Assembly (NCBI RefSeq): GCF_006345805.1
Contig: NC_042998.1
Location: 136,214,001-136,278,000, forward strand
DNA from: Octopus sinensis
Lineage: Eukaryota
Reading direction: 5' to 3'
DNA length: 64,000 bases
How positions within the stretch are numbered: the first letter of the stretch is position 1; every line of letters starts with the position of its first letter. This document shows positions 1 through 12,599 of this stretch, piece after piece. The position numbers were made by a program, and so were the translations under genes. The notes beneath the pieces are model-generated. The model did not search any database. It was given only the letters and a program-made list of their open reading frames with translations, and was not told the DNA's origin.

Positions 1-122
1 GAGAGGCCAGTAACATCCATTTTGGGGAGATTTCTTGCTTTAAGTACAACAACTGTGAGTCTGTTGGCTGCTGGTTGGTAAGAAAGCGAAACAAGGAGTT
101 CTCCTCGGCCTTGGGTACGAAA
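1..122 (-). CDS. Synaptotagmin-4/11-like gene, first C2B-domain exon (3' end runs off window start)
   Basis: Minus strand after acceptor tgtttcag (AG at 124-123) reads [41 protein letters not shown], matching the start of synaptotagmin C2B (GRGELL.SL.Y....[18 protein letters not shown]). Phase 0, compatible with the donor at 11231. Confidence 0.95.
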
Positions 123-1466
123 CTGAAACAAATATTCATAAAAATTGTCAGCCCAAAATTTATCGAAATTTTGGTTTGAAGGAATGAATTTTTGAAGGTA
201 AAAAATATTGATTAGTTGCTGGTACTAATTGTCTTGTAATTAAACAGTAACATTATGAATTGCTTGTTGCTATAGCTATAAGGATTCCTCAATAAAACAT
301 GAAGCCATAATGTTAGAAGAGAGGCAAATGGGAAGTTGTGACAAATATGCTTTACATAAGGTGAATGTGTGGAGGTTTTAATTGGAAATTAAATATCTGA
401 ATCTATCTGTTCAAATTTCAGATGGAAACTGACCCACCAAATTATTTGCTCTAGTAATTGATATCGTTATCATCATTGCTATCGTCATTAGCCTTATTGT
501 CATTGTATCCTCTTTTTCTTCACCACCACCACCACCATCATCACTATACGTTTCCTTTCTCATACTAGCATGAGTTGGACAAGTTGTTATGGGCTGAGTC
601 AGTTCTTAGAGTTATTACCCTCTTAGATGGGTTGAGGATTATTTCTCATTTGTATGTTACACATGCTTTTAGCATGTTTTCTATGGATGAATGCTCTTCC
701 TATCACTAGTTACTTTAATCTGTGTATGCATGTATGCGTGAGTGTGTGTTTGCATTTATATGCATGCATATGCATGCCCATACACACACATATACAAAAA
801 TCATACACACATTCACGCATACACATGCATATGCATACACATAAATATTTCACTCACTTGGTCCTTTTTTTTTAATGTCCATTTTTCCATGTTAGTATAG
901 ATTCAGACTGAAAGTTACTTTTGATAGACGTTTACAGTTGGATGCTCTTCCTATTGCCAACATTCGTCTGTTTTTCAAGTAAAGATCTTTGTATTCCACA
1001 AGCCTTTGAAAGCATTGAGTGACCAGTCATAAGGTCAACAAAGAATATCAGCATCAGCACTAATTTGTTCAACTGGTGACATGGGTGGAATACAAACATT
1101 TGTGCACACTTCCACATGTGCATATGTGTGTGAGTGCATGTATGTGTGTGTACATGTGAGTGTGTGTTTGTGTGTGTGTTTGCCTGTGTGTGTATAAAGG
1201 CAGATATGACACCCAGGTTATGAAATTCATCTCATATAATCACACACACACACATGGCAGGCTTTCTGGAGTTTCTGCCTATGAAATTCCTTCACGTGGT
1301 ATTAATCAGCCTGGGGCTCCAGTAGACAACAGTTGCCCTACGTACTGAACAGTAGGACCAAACCCAGAACCACATGATTATATGAAATGAATTTCATAAC
1401 CTGGATGCCATATATGCCTCTCTCTCTCTCTTTCTCCGCACACACACACAGACACACACACACATG

Positions 1467-1497
<31 letters not shown>

Positions 1498-2106
1498 ACA
1501 CGCACACACATGCACACACACACACACACACATCATGTCATACAAGCATAGAAAGTTGGATGTAAAAATGAGGGTGACGATGATGATGTCGATAAAAACA
1601 TGTTTATATATTATTATTATGAATTAGAAGCAGAGCTAGTGTTGTAAACATTATTGACCTCACATACTCATTGTATGTGTCTTCCTTGTTCATTGGTTAG
1701 CTGCAGTTTATTTTGGGAGAGATGACTCCTTCACAGTGCTGAGTTAAGACACATGAAAGTCATAGACAAGCAACACAATTCACTCCTAATCCTATTAAGG
1801 CATGATGGATACCAATATTTTGCTGGTTTTGTGGCTTATCAACATTACATACTTGAATCGAACTGAGGGTGAACAGACTCATGCTATTTGTATGTAGTCA
1901 TTAACTGGTAATTCAGACAAGAGAAACAACTCACTTCTTGTCCTGAGTGGGATTAGGGGCAAGTTGCCTCTCCTGTCTGTTACTTTCAAGTATTTTAACA
2001 CCCAGCACTTTGATGGTGAACTCAAAGCACTTTGAGTTCACCATGCTGAACTACAAGCAGTGAACAAGCAAAACACATACACTGTGTATGTGCAGTCAAT
2101 AATGCT

Positions 2107-2154
<48 letters not shown>

Positions 2155-2281
2155 TGTTAATACATATACATATCATGTTTTTGGGAAAAAATAAAATATA
2201 TATTTGGAAAGCAACGACTATGAATTGAAACTGATACAGAGTAGAGAAAGTTTGCAGTCTTACATGGCATTCAGTCTCTCA

Positions 2282-2580
2282 AGTGTTAGAGCATGATAAA
2301 TACACCCAGGACACCCTACGTATGTATTCTACAAGTAATCAGCTAGCTACAGTTGAAGCTTTTTCCCTTGAATTGCCAGACTTTGGAACTCTCTTCCATT
2401 TCACTGTTTCCCCCCCTTCTTATGACCTGAACTCTTTCAAGTCTAAAGTAAATTCCTTCTTTTTGTCTTAATTTTTCCTTCTCCATAGTCCTTTACACTA
2501 AGTGGCTTCTTGCCTTGTTTGGCTCCTGACAGATTTCGATGTAGTTACCACAACTTATATCTGGTGTATCTCATGATAAG
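2282..2580 (+). mobile_element. Decayed 3' end of a CR1/L2-type LINE (ORF2 C-terminus + 3'UTR)
   Basis: Frameshifted translation SFFP*IARLWNSLPFHCFP/PSYDLNSFKSKVNSF resembles the FFPR...LWNSLP...YDL..FK..VN C-terminal motif. Confidence 0.65.
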
Positions 2581-3995
2581 CCTAAGTGAAGCTACCCCCC
2601 CCCCCCGAAGCAACTTAAAATAGACACTGTGCTGTTGATGACAAGTTAACTTGTAAAACATGGGACTCTTCCTTCAAACAATTATGTTTAAATTAAAGAA
2701 ACCTTAGAAGGTATGCATTCAAGTTACAGAGATTATTTTTAGCATGAACATACCAAGTAAAGTCATTACTTAAAACAATACATGAAAATACTGAAGAGAT
2801 TTTGAAAAGAAATGCATTCTCCTAAATTAATTAATAAACAAAAACAATCCAGAAAGCAATCATATGTTAAGCAGATAACAGTAAAACATTGAGCAGACAA
2901 TCAGGCTAAAAACAGTAAACATCCAATATTAAACAGTGAAAAGAATCTGGCAAGCAATAATACTAATAGTGAAATATTATATCCTCACTCTTTGCAAGAA
3001 TGTACATATCTCTGATATGAAACAAATTGAAACTACATGCACAACAGAAATAGTGAAAAACCAGTGTCTACAGTCAAGCCTTTGTAAAATAAAGTATCAC
3101 ATGCCAGAAGCTAATGGAAACCTTCTAAACATGTAGTATCCTTCTGTTACAATACTAGAATATGTGAGCTTCAAATCAATAGACACTGAAAAGATAATAT
3201 AGCAACTCATGTCCCACAAAGCAATAATTTTGATCAATGTTTTTTGCACTTACGACCCCTTACCCAAAAGCTAGAAACCCATGCAGCCTCCTACTATCAA
3301 TAGCTTGATTTATATTTTAATTAATCAATCTTAACCCAAGCCATTTCTAGCAAGGCTATGCGACACCCCTGCCAAGGCTTCACGACCCTCCCCCCCCTAC
3401 CCAGTGGGTTGGGAACCCCTGAGTTAGAACATTGTGTTGTTTAAAGGATTCTCTTGTTGAGTTGTTTATTTCATCAGTATTTTACTTGTAGCTTATTTCT
3501 AAAACAAAGTCAAAATATACTCCTATGATATTTATTCATATGTCAGCATTGAAATGAGGGTGGCTATGATCTTTCCAAGGGTTAATTAATACCATAAATT
3601 AGCTTTGTAAACAAAGTATGACTGTATGTGTGTGCGTGAATGTATGTGTGTTTGTGTGTGTGACTGTGTGCATGTGTGTGTGTGTGTGTTACAGAAATGA
3701 AAGTTGTAAAACTTATATATGTATTTTGGGTACAAAGGCACACTCTCTGAAGATGGGCCTTTGCACCCGAAATATACAAAAGCTTTTCATCTTTCATCTC
3801 TGCATCGTTAGAAGCTTTCCTTATTTCCTTTTCAATTACTATTCTACTTCTGAATTACAATACTCTTATCATATATGTATGTGTGTGTATGTATATATAT
3901 ATATATATATATATACGTTTAAATATTTGTTGTGCAAGATTTTTTATGTGAAGTCGTGTATTGAAATATAACAATATATATTCCGAAATATAACA

Positions 3996-4041
<46 letters not shown>

Positions 4042-4045
4042 AATT

Positions 4046-4145
4046 AATATTCAGAGCAAGCGAGTAAGTACACTGGCTTTGCCACATGCTTTAAGAAGAC
4101 GAATAGGATGTGGCAAAGCCAGTGTACTTGCTTGCCCTGAATATT
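4046..4145. repeat. 100-nt hairpin with perfect 22-bp upper stem
   Basis: AAGTACACTGGCTTTGCCACAT (4066-4087) / ATGTGGCAAAGCCAGTGTACTT (4108-4129), plus a 15-bp basal stem. Confidence 0.9.
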
Positions 4146-4574
4146 TATAAATTTATTACTTTTACCTTAACCGGTTTACTACATGCTAACTACCTGATAA
4201 AATCATATATTGCTTTTATCCTGAATTTTAAAATGTATGTATGAATGTATATATTTATAGAAATTGATCAGATAAGTGAAGTGAAGAGAGAGAATGGATG
4301 TTTATTTCATTTGCTTATAGCTGTTTCATAACCAAAGCTGTAAATTAATGGCATAAGCATCTATTCTCTCATGTCACTTCTTTTATCTGACCACTTTATA
4401 TACATACTTTCGATCGTTGTAACTCTTGGATTTTCAGAATGTTGTTAATGATCTTAACATCTAACCTTGACCATGGTCCATTTTGGTAGCCATGCCCTTG
4501 ATGAGGAACTTAATGTGAGCCCTATTTGAGTTTTTGAATCCCTATTCTTCATCTCTCTCTCTCTTTCTCTATGA

Positions 4575-4659
<85 letters not shown>

Positions 4660-5937
4660 CTTCTTGCCTTGTTTGGCTCCTGACAGATTTTTTTGGGGAC
4701 ATGTACATATATATACGCACAATACATACACTCATATTTTGCTTACAAAGTTTACTCATGGTATTAATCAACCCCTGGAAAGATCAGTTCCCCACAAAAC
4801 ACTGATATATGAATATCATAGGAGTATATTTTGACTTTGGTTTGATTGAATATTACCAATTTTGTGCTTTCTATAGAAGCCATGTCTATGCCTGAGGCTA
4901 ACCAACAGCCTGTACTGCAATCATTATGAATCTCACTACTTTATTATTATTATATGTATAAGTTTAGCAGGAATTTGAATACAAAGGTGGGTGTCCAATT
5001 TATTATTGTGATAGTCACAGAGCCACAGAAATGATGCAGGTTTACAAGCATAATGATGGCTTTCATTATAATTGCTTTCAGTTTAAGAGCCATAATACAT
5101 TTGATTAAACATTTCAGAAAAATATAAAACAAAATGTGTTCACAAAAGCCATTCAATATGATGACCATCGTTGGATGACAATAGAATTCCTGTCTTCAAA
5201 GAACTAATGGGAAGGCTACAAAAAATCTATTGGGATATATAAGAATATTATCAATCTCACTGGACTGAGAAATTCTTACCATAAGCAATCTCTAAACATT
5301 TACATTAAGTTGTTGATGTAAAGATCACATAAACCAGAATATCAAAACAAATAATTAAGGAAGGGAATGAATTAATTGAAGGTACAAATGAATTTATAAA
5401 GCCACAATAAATTAATAGTAAATTGTATAGAAGAGGGCCACATGGAACACTTGCTTTCATCTCATGGAATATATTATTTATGTAACTTTTATCTCCATCA
5501 TCATTATTTTATGTCTGCTGACAGGAGTTGTATAGGGTCGTAATGGACTGAGAAAATCCTTACTCGGAGTTACTACTCTTTTCCTAAGGAGGTTGGAGAA
5601 TCACATATCGAATGTTTCAATGTTGGTTTGATTTCTATGGCTAGATGCCTTTCTTGGTACCAATCCCTTTACAGAGTGCACTAGGGGTATTTTATTGTGA
5701 CACTAGTTTTGTTACAATAAAATGTTTACTGTATTATGAAGTGATGAAGTAGATGATATCATTCAACCTTCTTTATACATATGAGTGTATGTATGTATGT
5801 ATGTATGTATGTATGTATGTATGTATGTATGTATGTATTTATGTATGTATGCATGTATGTATGTATGCATGTATGTATGTATGTATATACATACATATGA
5901 ACACACACACACAAACTCACACACATTCATATCATGT

Positions 5938-7138
5938 ATGTCATCATCATCATCATTTAGCATCCGCTTTCCATGCTAGCATGGGTTGGACGGTTCAACT
6001 GGGGTCTGTGAAGCCAGAAGGCTGCATCAGGCCCAGTCTGATCTGGCAGTGTTTCTACGGCTGGATACCCTTCCTAACGCCAACCACTCCGTAAGTGTAG
6101 TGGGTGCTTTTTACGTGCCACCCGCACAGGTGCCAGACGGAGCAGAAGATACTTTGCATCACATGACCAAACCAGCAAAGTTTTCTCTCTTGCACACTGC
6201 AGCTAATTCCTCTTATGCCTAACTCCTCTCTCAATACACTAACATTCTGCCACATGTCTACACTTACATTACACATACAACAGAGCAGACTAGCCCCATT
6301 CCTCTCTAACCTTTGCATGTCCTCTGTATTCAGGACCCACATCTCACTACCATGTAGAATTGCTGTTCATATGCGTGTATCATACAGTCTTCCTTTCCAT
6401 TGGAGAGAGAAATTATTGGTTACCAACAGGTAAAGGCTCTGTGAATTTTCTCCATCTTATTCTGATTCTAGTGATTATACTTTCCATACATCTTACCCCT
6501 CAGTTAATAAGGTTCCCTAGGTAGCAGAAATTATCCACTACCTCTAAAGAGACTCTGGGACATTTGAGAAAATCTATTTCCTGAGTATTTGTAGTTTTTA
6601 TGGCATCTTCCACATACAAACGCTACTTTCTCTGATTACCTTCTTATTATTCTACTACAATTCTTGTGTGTCCATAGCTTACACTGGTTACACCTTTTAG
6701 AATTCCTGCCTACACTTTTCCTACATATCAAGCATGACTACTTTCCTGAAGTGGGTAGGGTCCTGTCTGTTTTCTTGCTTACTAAGACCTTAATCTTTGT
6801 CAAGTTAACCTTAAAGCCCTTAGATTTCAAGTTTTGCTCCCACACCTGGAATTTTTTTTCTGAAATAGAATCTGCTATGAGGCCAAGATTGTCAGCATAT
6901 GGTAGTTTCCAAGGGCCGCCAGTTTTGAATTCCTCTGGAGGACAATGATGAGAAGTAGGGGACTGAGCCTTCATGAACACCTACCTGTACACCAAATTCT
7001 TCGCTGTACTCATGATTAACCCTCACCTTATTGACAGCACCCCTGTACATGGCTTGTACAGCTTTCATCAGCCACTCATCTATCCCTAGCCTCCTCAGAG
7101 TAGACAAGTGGCTTGTGAAAGCTGTACAGACCATGTAC
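5938..7138 (-). mobile_element. Degenerate, internally deleted RTE LINE fragment joined to RTE 3' tail with (GAT)n
   Basis: Minus-strand remnants LGIDEWLMKAVQAMYRGA, W.LPYAD.L, KSKGFKVNLTKIKVL, QERKLCWFGHVM are homologous to the 57478-60198 ORF. 5938-6135 matches the terminal RTE tail at 54337-54510. Confidence 0.9.
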
Positions 7139-7687
7139 CTATATATAAGTATCAACATCATTGCCGTTGTCATTGTTTTAACATCCACTTTTCCATGCTT
7201 ACATGGGCTGTATGGAATTTGTTGTAGTGGATTTCCTATAAATGGATAACCTGTCTGTTACCGACTCTTACCTCTTTTCAAGGAAGATAAAATACTTCTC
7301 CATGATCAAACATGTTTTCACAGAAGATTAGAAAGGAAGAATACCCCTTGCATGATGGTAACATTCATTTACAACTATGATGTGATGCCAAGCTAAAGAG
7401 AGAGTAACATACACTCACACATATACATTAAAGAAATGTATATATATATGTATTTACACATGTATACGTGTTTGAATCTGTGTGCGCATGTATACATATT
7501 TACACACAGACAAACATACATATATATAAATATGGAGAGAGAGAAAGAGAGACAGATTTTTGGTTTACTTTTGATTTTGTTTTGAATGTATAACATATGT
7601 TTGATTTTAATGTCTACACTTCAATTTAAACAATCAAGCAATTATTCAGTTTCATGATTAATTCCAAGGGTCACCTCAGTTATCTCT

Positions 7688-7999
7688 AAATAAAACTATT
7701 CCCCATATTTCCTTCCTTATTTTCATTTTTTTCCATTGTTTTCCATATCTTTTTTTCAAGAGATTCTTCCTTCCCATTCCCTTTTAAAATATGTAACAAA
7801 TTTTTATCCACATTTAATTGTATTTTCCATGGAAACAACTGGAATAAATAAAACTATTCCCCATATTTCCTTCCTTATTTTCATTTTTTCCATTGTTTTC
7901 CATATCTTTTTTTCAAGAGATTCTTCCTTCCCATTCCCTTTTAAAATATGTAACAAATTTTTATCCACATTTAATTGTATTTTCCATGGAAACAACTGG
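7688..7999. repeat. Direct tandem duplication, ~158-bp unit x2
   Basis: aaataaaactattccccatatttcc...ggaaacaactgg at 7688 and again at 7846, essentially identical. Confidence 0.9.
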
Positions 8000-8274
8000 T
8001 TTTACAGTGGATTGTTTAAATTTTTAAACAACTCAAATATTACAAGAATATGTAAGAAAGAAAATAAACGCATACAAAGAAAGACTTAGCAATGCAAATT
8101 AATAAAGCTGGTAATAAAAGCCAAAACATATATAAACAAATAAAGAAAAGATGCTTAGATTATTAATAACCAATGGCTCAAAGATGGTAAAAGCCAATTA
8201 TATGAACAGAATTTATATTATTTTCATGCAGATTGATACAAGTGATTTATTTAAAAATAATAGTAGATTAAGTC

Positions 8275-8309
<35 letters not shown>

Positions 8310-8760
8310 ATTTACTAATAGTTTGACTCAGCTCCATGGGACTCAAAGTTTTATAGGCCCGTAAAACGAACCTATCTTGCCTGGTATCTAGAGATAGTGT
8401 AAGAGGTTTTGAGGCAAATTCAAGATGGCTTCTAGATGTTAGGCCTCTACTGGTCAACTCAGATCATGTGATGTTACTGGTCTGGAAAGGGACATCAATT
8501 ATTTTCTTTGTTCTTAAATCCACATGAACAAATAGGATGTTGGTAGGAAACTGTCACCACTGTGTGGAAGCTGTCGTATTGGCTGAGTGTCACTTTCTTT
8601 GTTTGCCCACCTACTCCAATATATATATATATATAAATTATATATATATATATACACATGAGTAGGTGGGCATATGCAAGCTTGTGTGTGTGTGAAAGCA
8701 TAACTGTGTATGTGTATATGTATATGTGTCTATGTCTGTGTATGTATGTACATATGTATG

Positions 8761-8794
<34 letters not shown>

Positions 8795-11231
8795 TGTATG
8801 AATGAATGTATGTATGTATGAATGAATGTATGTATGTATGTATGAATGTATGTATGTATGTATGTCCATGCATAAAAACTATATGCATATGTAGATGTAT
8901 ATTATTAGATAAAAATAGATTGTTTGTGTTTTCTAAGATATAAAAAGACAAATTATTGTTATCTCAAACAGAAAGTAGAAAATTAAGCTAATTTTAATAT
9001 TTAGGGGATTAAAATGTATTTTTAAAAACAAGAAATATTTGTTCGAGGAGTGAAAGCCAGACAGACATCTTTATTTGATAGTAAGTCATGTGATAAGAAA
9101 CTTCGATTTACCCTTGAGAAGATTATATAATATGTGCAAATGCTGACGGTGATGATGACATCAATGCTTGTCTCTATGACAACAGTAATGTTACTGGAGG
9201 TAAATAATATATTGCTTCTAACTCATATAATAGCCACAGATTACAGTGAAGCATGTGCCATTACTGCCAGTGCGTTTATTAATAACAATGATGAAGATAG
9301 TGACGATGATAGCGATGGTGATAATGAAGCTGGTGATTACAACAATAATGATAATTATCAAATTATTACTATAATTAACCAGCAAAGAGGTGAAATAAAA
9401 GTAAACATCAGGACTTCTATGTTGCTTCTATAATGATAATAATGATTTACCCTGGTATATAATACAAATATGTATTCGCACATACATAAGTTCATATTCA
9501 CATCTATACATTCATACACATGTCATGTACATTCACACATATATTTATTCACACATAGACACATTCATACATGCATATATCCATAGATACACTCATACAT
9601 TTATACATTTATTTATACATACATTCGCACAACCACATATAGTGATGAATGCATTCATATGTAGATAAGCTCATACATACATTATATATGTATACGCAAA
9701 AATACATTCATAAGATGTAACCATGCAGTTATGTACTAAAGAGACATGTAACCCATTTTGTGAGTGCAAGTTTATCATCACAGACACCTAGATATATACA
9801 CTCACTAATTCATTTACATATTCTCAAATTCTGTAACTGTCTTGGCTTTGTTTGAATTCTACAAAGAAGAACTTAAATAGATCTCAAATAAAATATACAT
9901 AGTCATACATACAGTTGTACATACATGCTGACATACATACATACATACATACATACATACATACATACATACATACAAACAAACCTCAGGAACTGTCTTA
10001 AGCCAAAAAGTCTTGTCACTTTGTTAGCAACCAGCTTGAACTCCATTAAGAACTTAAATAAATCTCAAAGGAGAACATCTATCCATCCATCCATCTATCC
10101 ACCCTTCCATACATGCATACATACATACATACATACATACATACATACATACATACATACATACATACATGCATGCATGCATGCATGCATGCATACATGC
10201 ATACATACATACATACATACATACATACATACATACATACATACATACATAAAAAGCAGTCCAGAACCAAATATAAGGCAATAATCAAATGAAAATAAAA
10301 CCAGCATTAGCTTAAATGAAGTAAATTTGCATAGCTTTAAATTTAATTATTAACTAAAAATATAATTTTACTTAACACAAAAAATATTTTAATCAAATAA
10401 AAGCCAATATTTCAATTAAATCAAATCTATTGAATTGAACTATAATAGATTACAGCATTAAGCTGTACCATTCTGAAATGTTTTTAGAAGACATAACATG
10501 CAAATTAACAAATTTCAGAAAAAAGATAATATAATGAATAAAAGGAACCAAAGAACATTTGCTATGATAAAGCACCGTCATGCCAAATACATATAATTCA
10601 AATATTAGTTATTAAAAAAGTCCACATCTTTTAAATAAAGTTAGTATTTGTTAATTTCAACTCAGGTTACCAATAATCAAAAAACATAGCAAAGGAAATA
10701 TAAAAAGCTTGAGTGCTAAATAATAAATTTATAAAAAATTAGTAATGACCCTAAAGATCTGCTATAGATGGAATCTTTAAAACAAGCCATAATCTTAAAT
10801 TCTAATAAATACATATTAGCATTAAGAAGGATGTATAACTGAATATCACCTGTTCCAATAATACATGCAAATGTCCAGATTTATAGAAACATGTCACCTA
10901 TGCTTGTACAGAAACAGGAATGTAAATACATTTTGAAATAATCAGTAGCATCTAGAATAATTAAAATGATTCACTGAATGTGATGTAACAATTTTATTAA
11001 ACTAAGGACAGAATTTCCAACACATTACCTTAATAAGCAAATAAATTCAATAAATTTATTCAATCTCTAACTGCTATTTGGAATCCTTTGGATTCTATAT
11101 GTCGCCAATGAAAACAAAACTGGCAGAAGCAAAAAATCATCATTTATGTCTAGTTCTATATCCTCCAATAGAACAAAATCTACTCTAAAACAAATGAAGC
11201 TACAAAAGGGAAGAATGAGATTATGAAATAC

Positions 11232-11801
11232 CTTAAGATGTCTCGCTGTGATGTCCTTGCATAAAGAGATCTCTTTCTGGGACAAATCCACATTAGATAG
11301 TGGGTAAATAACTTCTCCAATAATTTCATCTCTTGAAAACTTGTCAAAGCTGAGAACCACAAAGTGAAGGATAATATCTTCAAGCTGGTTATAGTCAACT
11401 CCATAAAAGGTGAAAGTTTCATCGTAGACTGGGTTCAATGTCTTTCTGAGAATTCTGGTTTTACGCTTGTATTTCTTCTCAGGCAGAAGCTGGAGTTTGA
11501 TGTAAGGGTCACACACAGCAATTCCTGGTACTGATGGATTGAGGTCTGATGCTTTTAAAATGGTCACATGAAGAGCATTTTTCTTTGAATCATGCTCAAT
11601 CGAAAAGTCTATGTTTCCAAGGTAAGGAAGTTTTGCAGCTGGTGAATTCTGAAATTTCTCAAAAGCCCCATCATATTTCTCGTTTTCGTATTCAAAGTCT
11701 TCTTTGCAACCAAAGGCCTCATAGAGATACTTGCTTTTCTCAGACATCCCTTCTAATTCCTTGTCAGTTCGTCCCCAATAATCTCCACTTGATGGACTTA
11801 C
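11232..11801 (-). CDS. Synaptotagmin-4/11-like gene, linker + C2A exon (570 nt, phase 0-0)
   Basis: Contains LGNIDFSIEHD..CDPYIKLQLLPEKKYKRKTRILRKTLNPVYDETFTFYG..LHFVVLSFDKFSRDEIIGEV; LSFD (Asp->Ser) is the Syt4/11 hallmark. Donor AAG|GTATTT at 11232/11231 right after ARHLK. Acceptor ttttaaaacctag at 11803-11802; that TAG is the in-frame stop bounding the ORF. The ORF-track tail beyond 11232 is intronic. Confidence 0.92.
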
Positions 11802-12291
11802 CTAGGTTTTAAAAGGACACTAGTGTGATCTCTTATGCTTAAAACAAATAACACAATACAATAAAACAAATATTTAATCCTTAATCTATGTCTAAAGTTA
11901 TTGCTTTAAGAATTTAGCTTTGTAGACATGAAAATACCACCAAAATTAACAATTAGTTTAAAGATATTAAAATATAGGAGACAATTATATAATAAAATAG
12001 TGAACATTAAATATTCTGTATAGATATATTTGTGATAGTGTGCTTTGTGTATGCTTGGTGAGTGTTTTTATTTAGCTTTTCCCATGTGAAAAGAAATACA
12101 TGAGTAAATAAAATATTCCCACATTATCAAATTGGTGCTGTTATATAGTGCCAGAATATAGATCAATAGATGATCAGTTACTGAGAATTGAAATAAGCAA
12201 AGAGAAGTTTATTGGGCATTTCTAATTGAAGAGAAAATTGATAAAATGCAAGACTTCACATCCAAAGAAGAAGTAGCTGACCCCAATCTGT

Positions 12292-12295
<4 letters not shown>

Positions 12296-12325
<30 letters not shown>

Positions 12326-12535
12326 TGTATGTATGTATGTATGCATGTAAATATGTATGTATGTATGTATGTATGCATGTATGCATGTAAGTATGTATGT
12401 ATGTATGTATGTATGCATGTAAGTATGTATGTATGTATGTATGTATGTATGTATGTATGTATGTATGTATGCATGTATGCATGCATGTATGTATGTATGT
12501 ATGTATGTATGTATGTATGTATGTATGTATGTGTG
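12296..12535. repeat. (TATG)n microsatellite (representative of many)
   Basis: Similar (TATG/CATA)n arrays near 5785-5893, 8740-8866, 9931-9975, 10095-10250, 37081-37175, 38652-38882, 48329-48400. Confidence 0.97.
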
Positions 12536-12599
12536 TGTGCACATGTGTGTGTAAATATATATATATATATGTGTGTGTAAAGGTAAGATCAATCTTGGT

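Noticed and set aside
3230-3421. hAT-like right terminus (GGTTGGGAACCCCTG)
   Set aside because: No matching left terminus or TSD found.
4656-4690. 35-nt exact copy of 2502-2536
   Set aside because: Part of the CR1/L2-type 3'UTR; most simply a tiny truncated insertion of the same family.
11067-11231. C-terminal 54 aa of the 226-aa ORF
   Set aside because: Lies beyond the GT donor at 11231; C2 homology stops there and resumes at 122.
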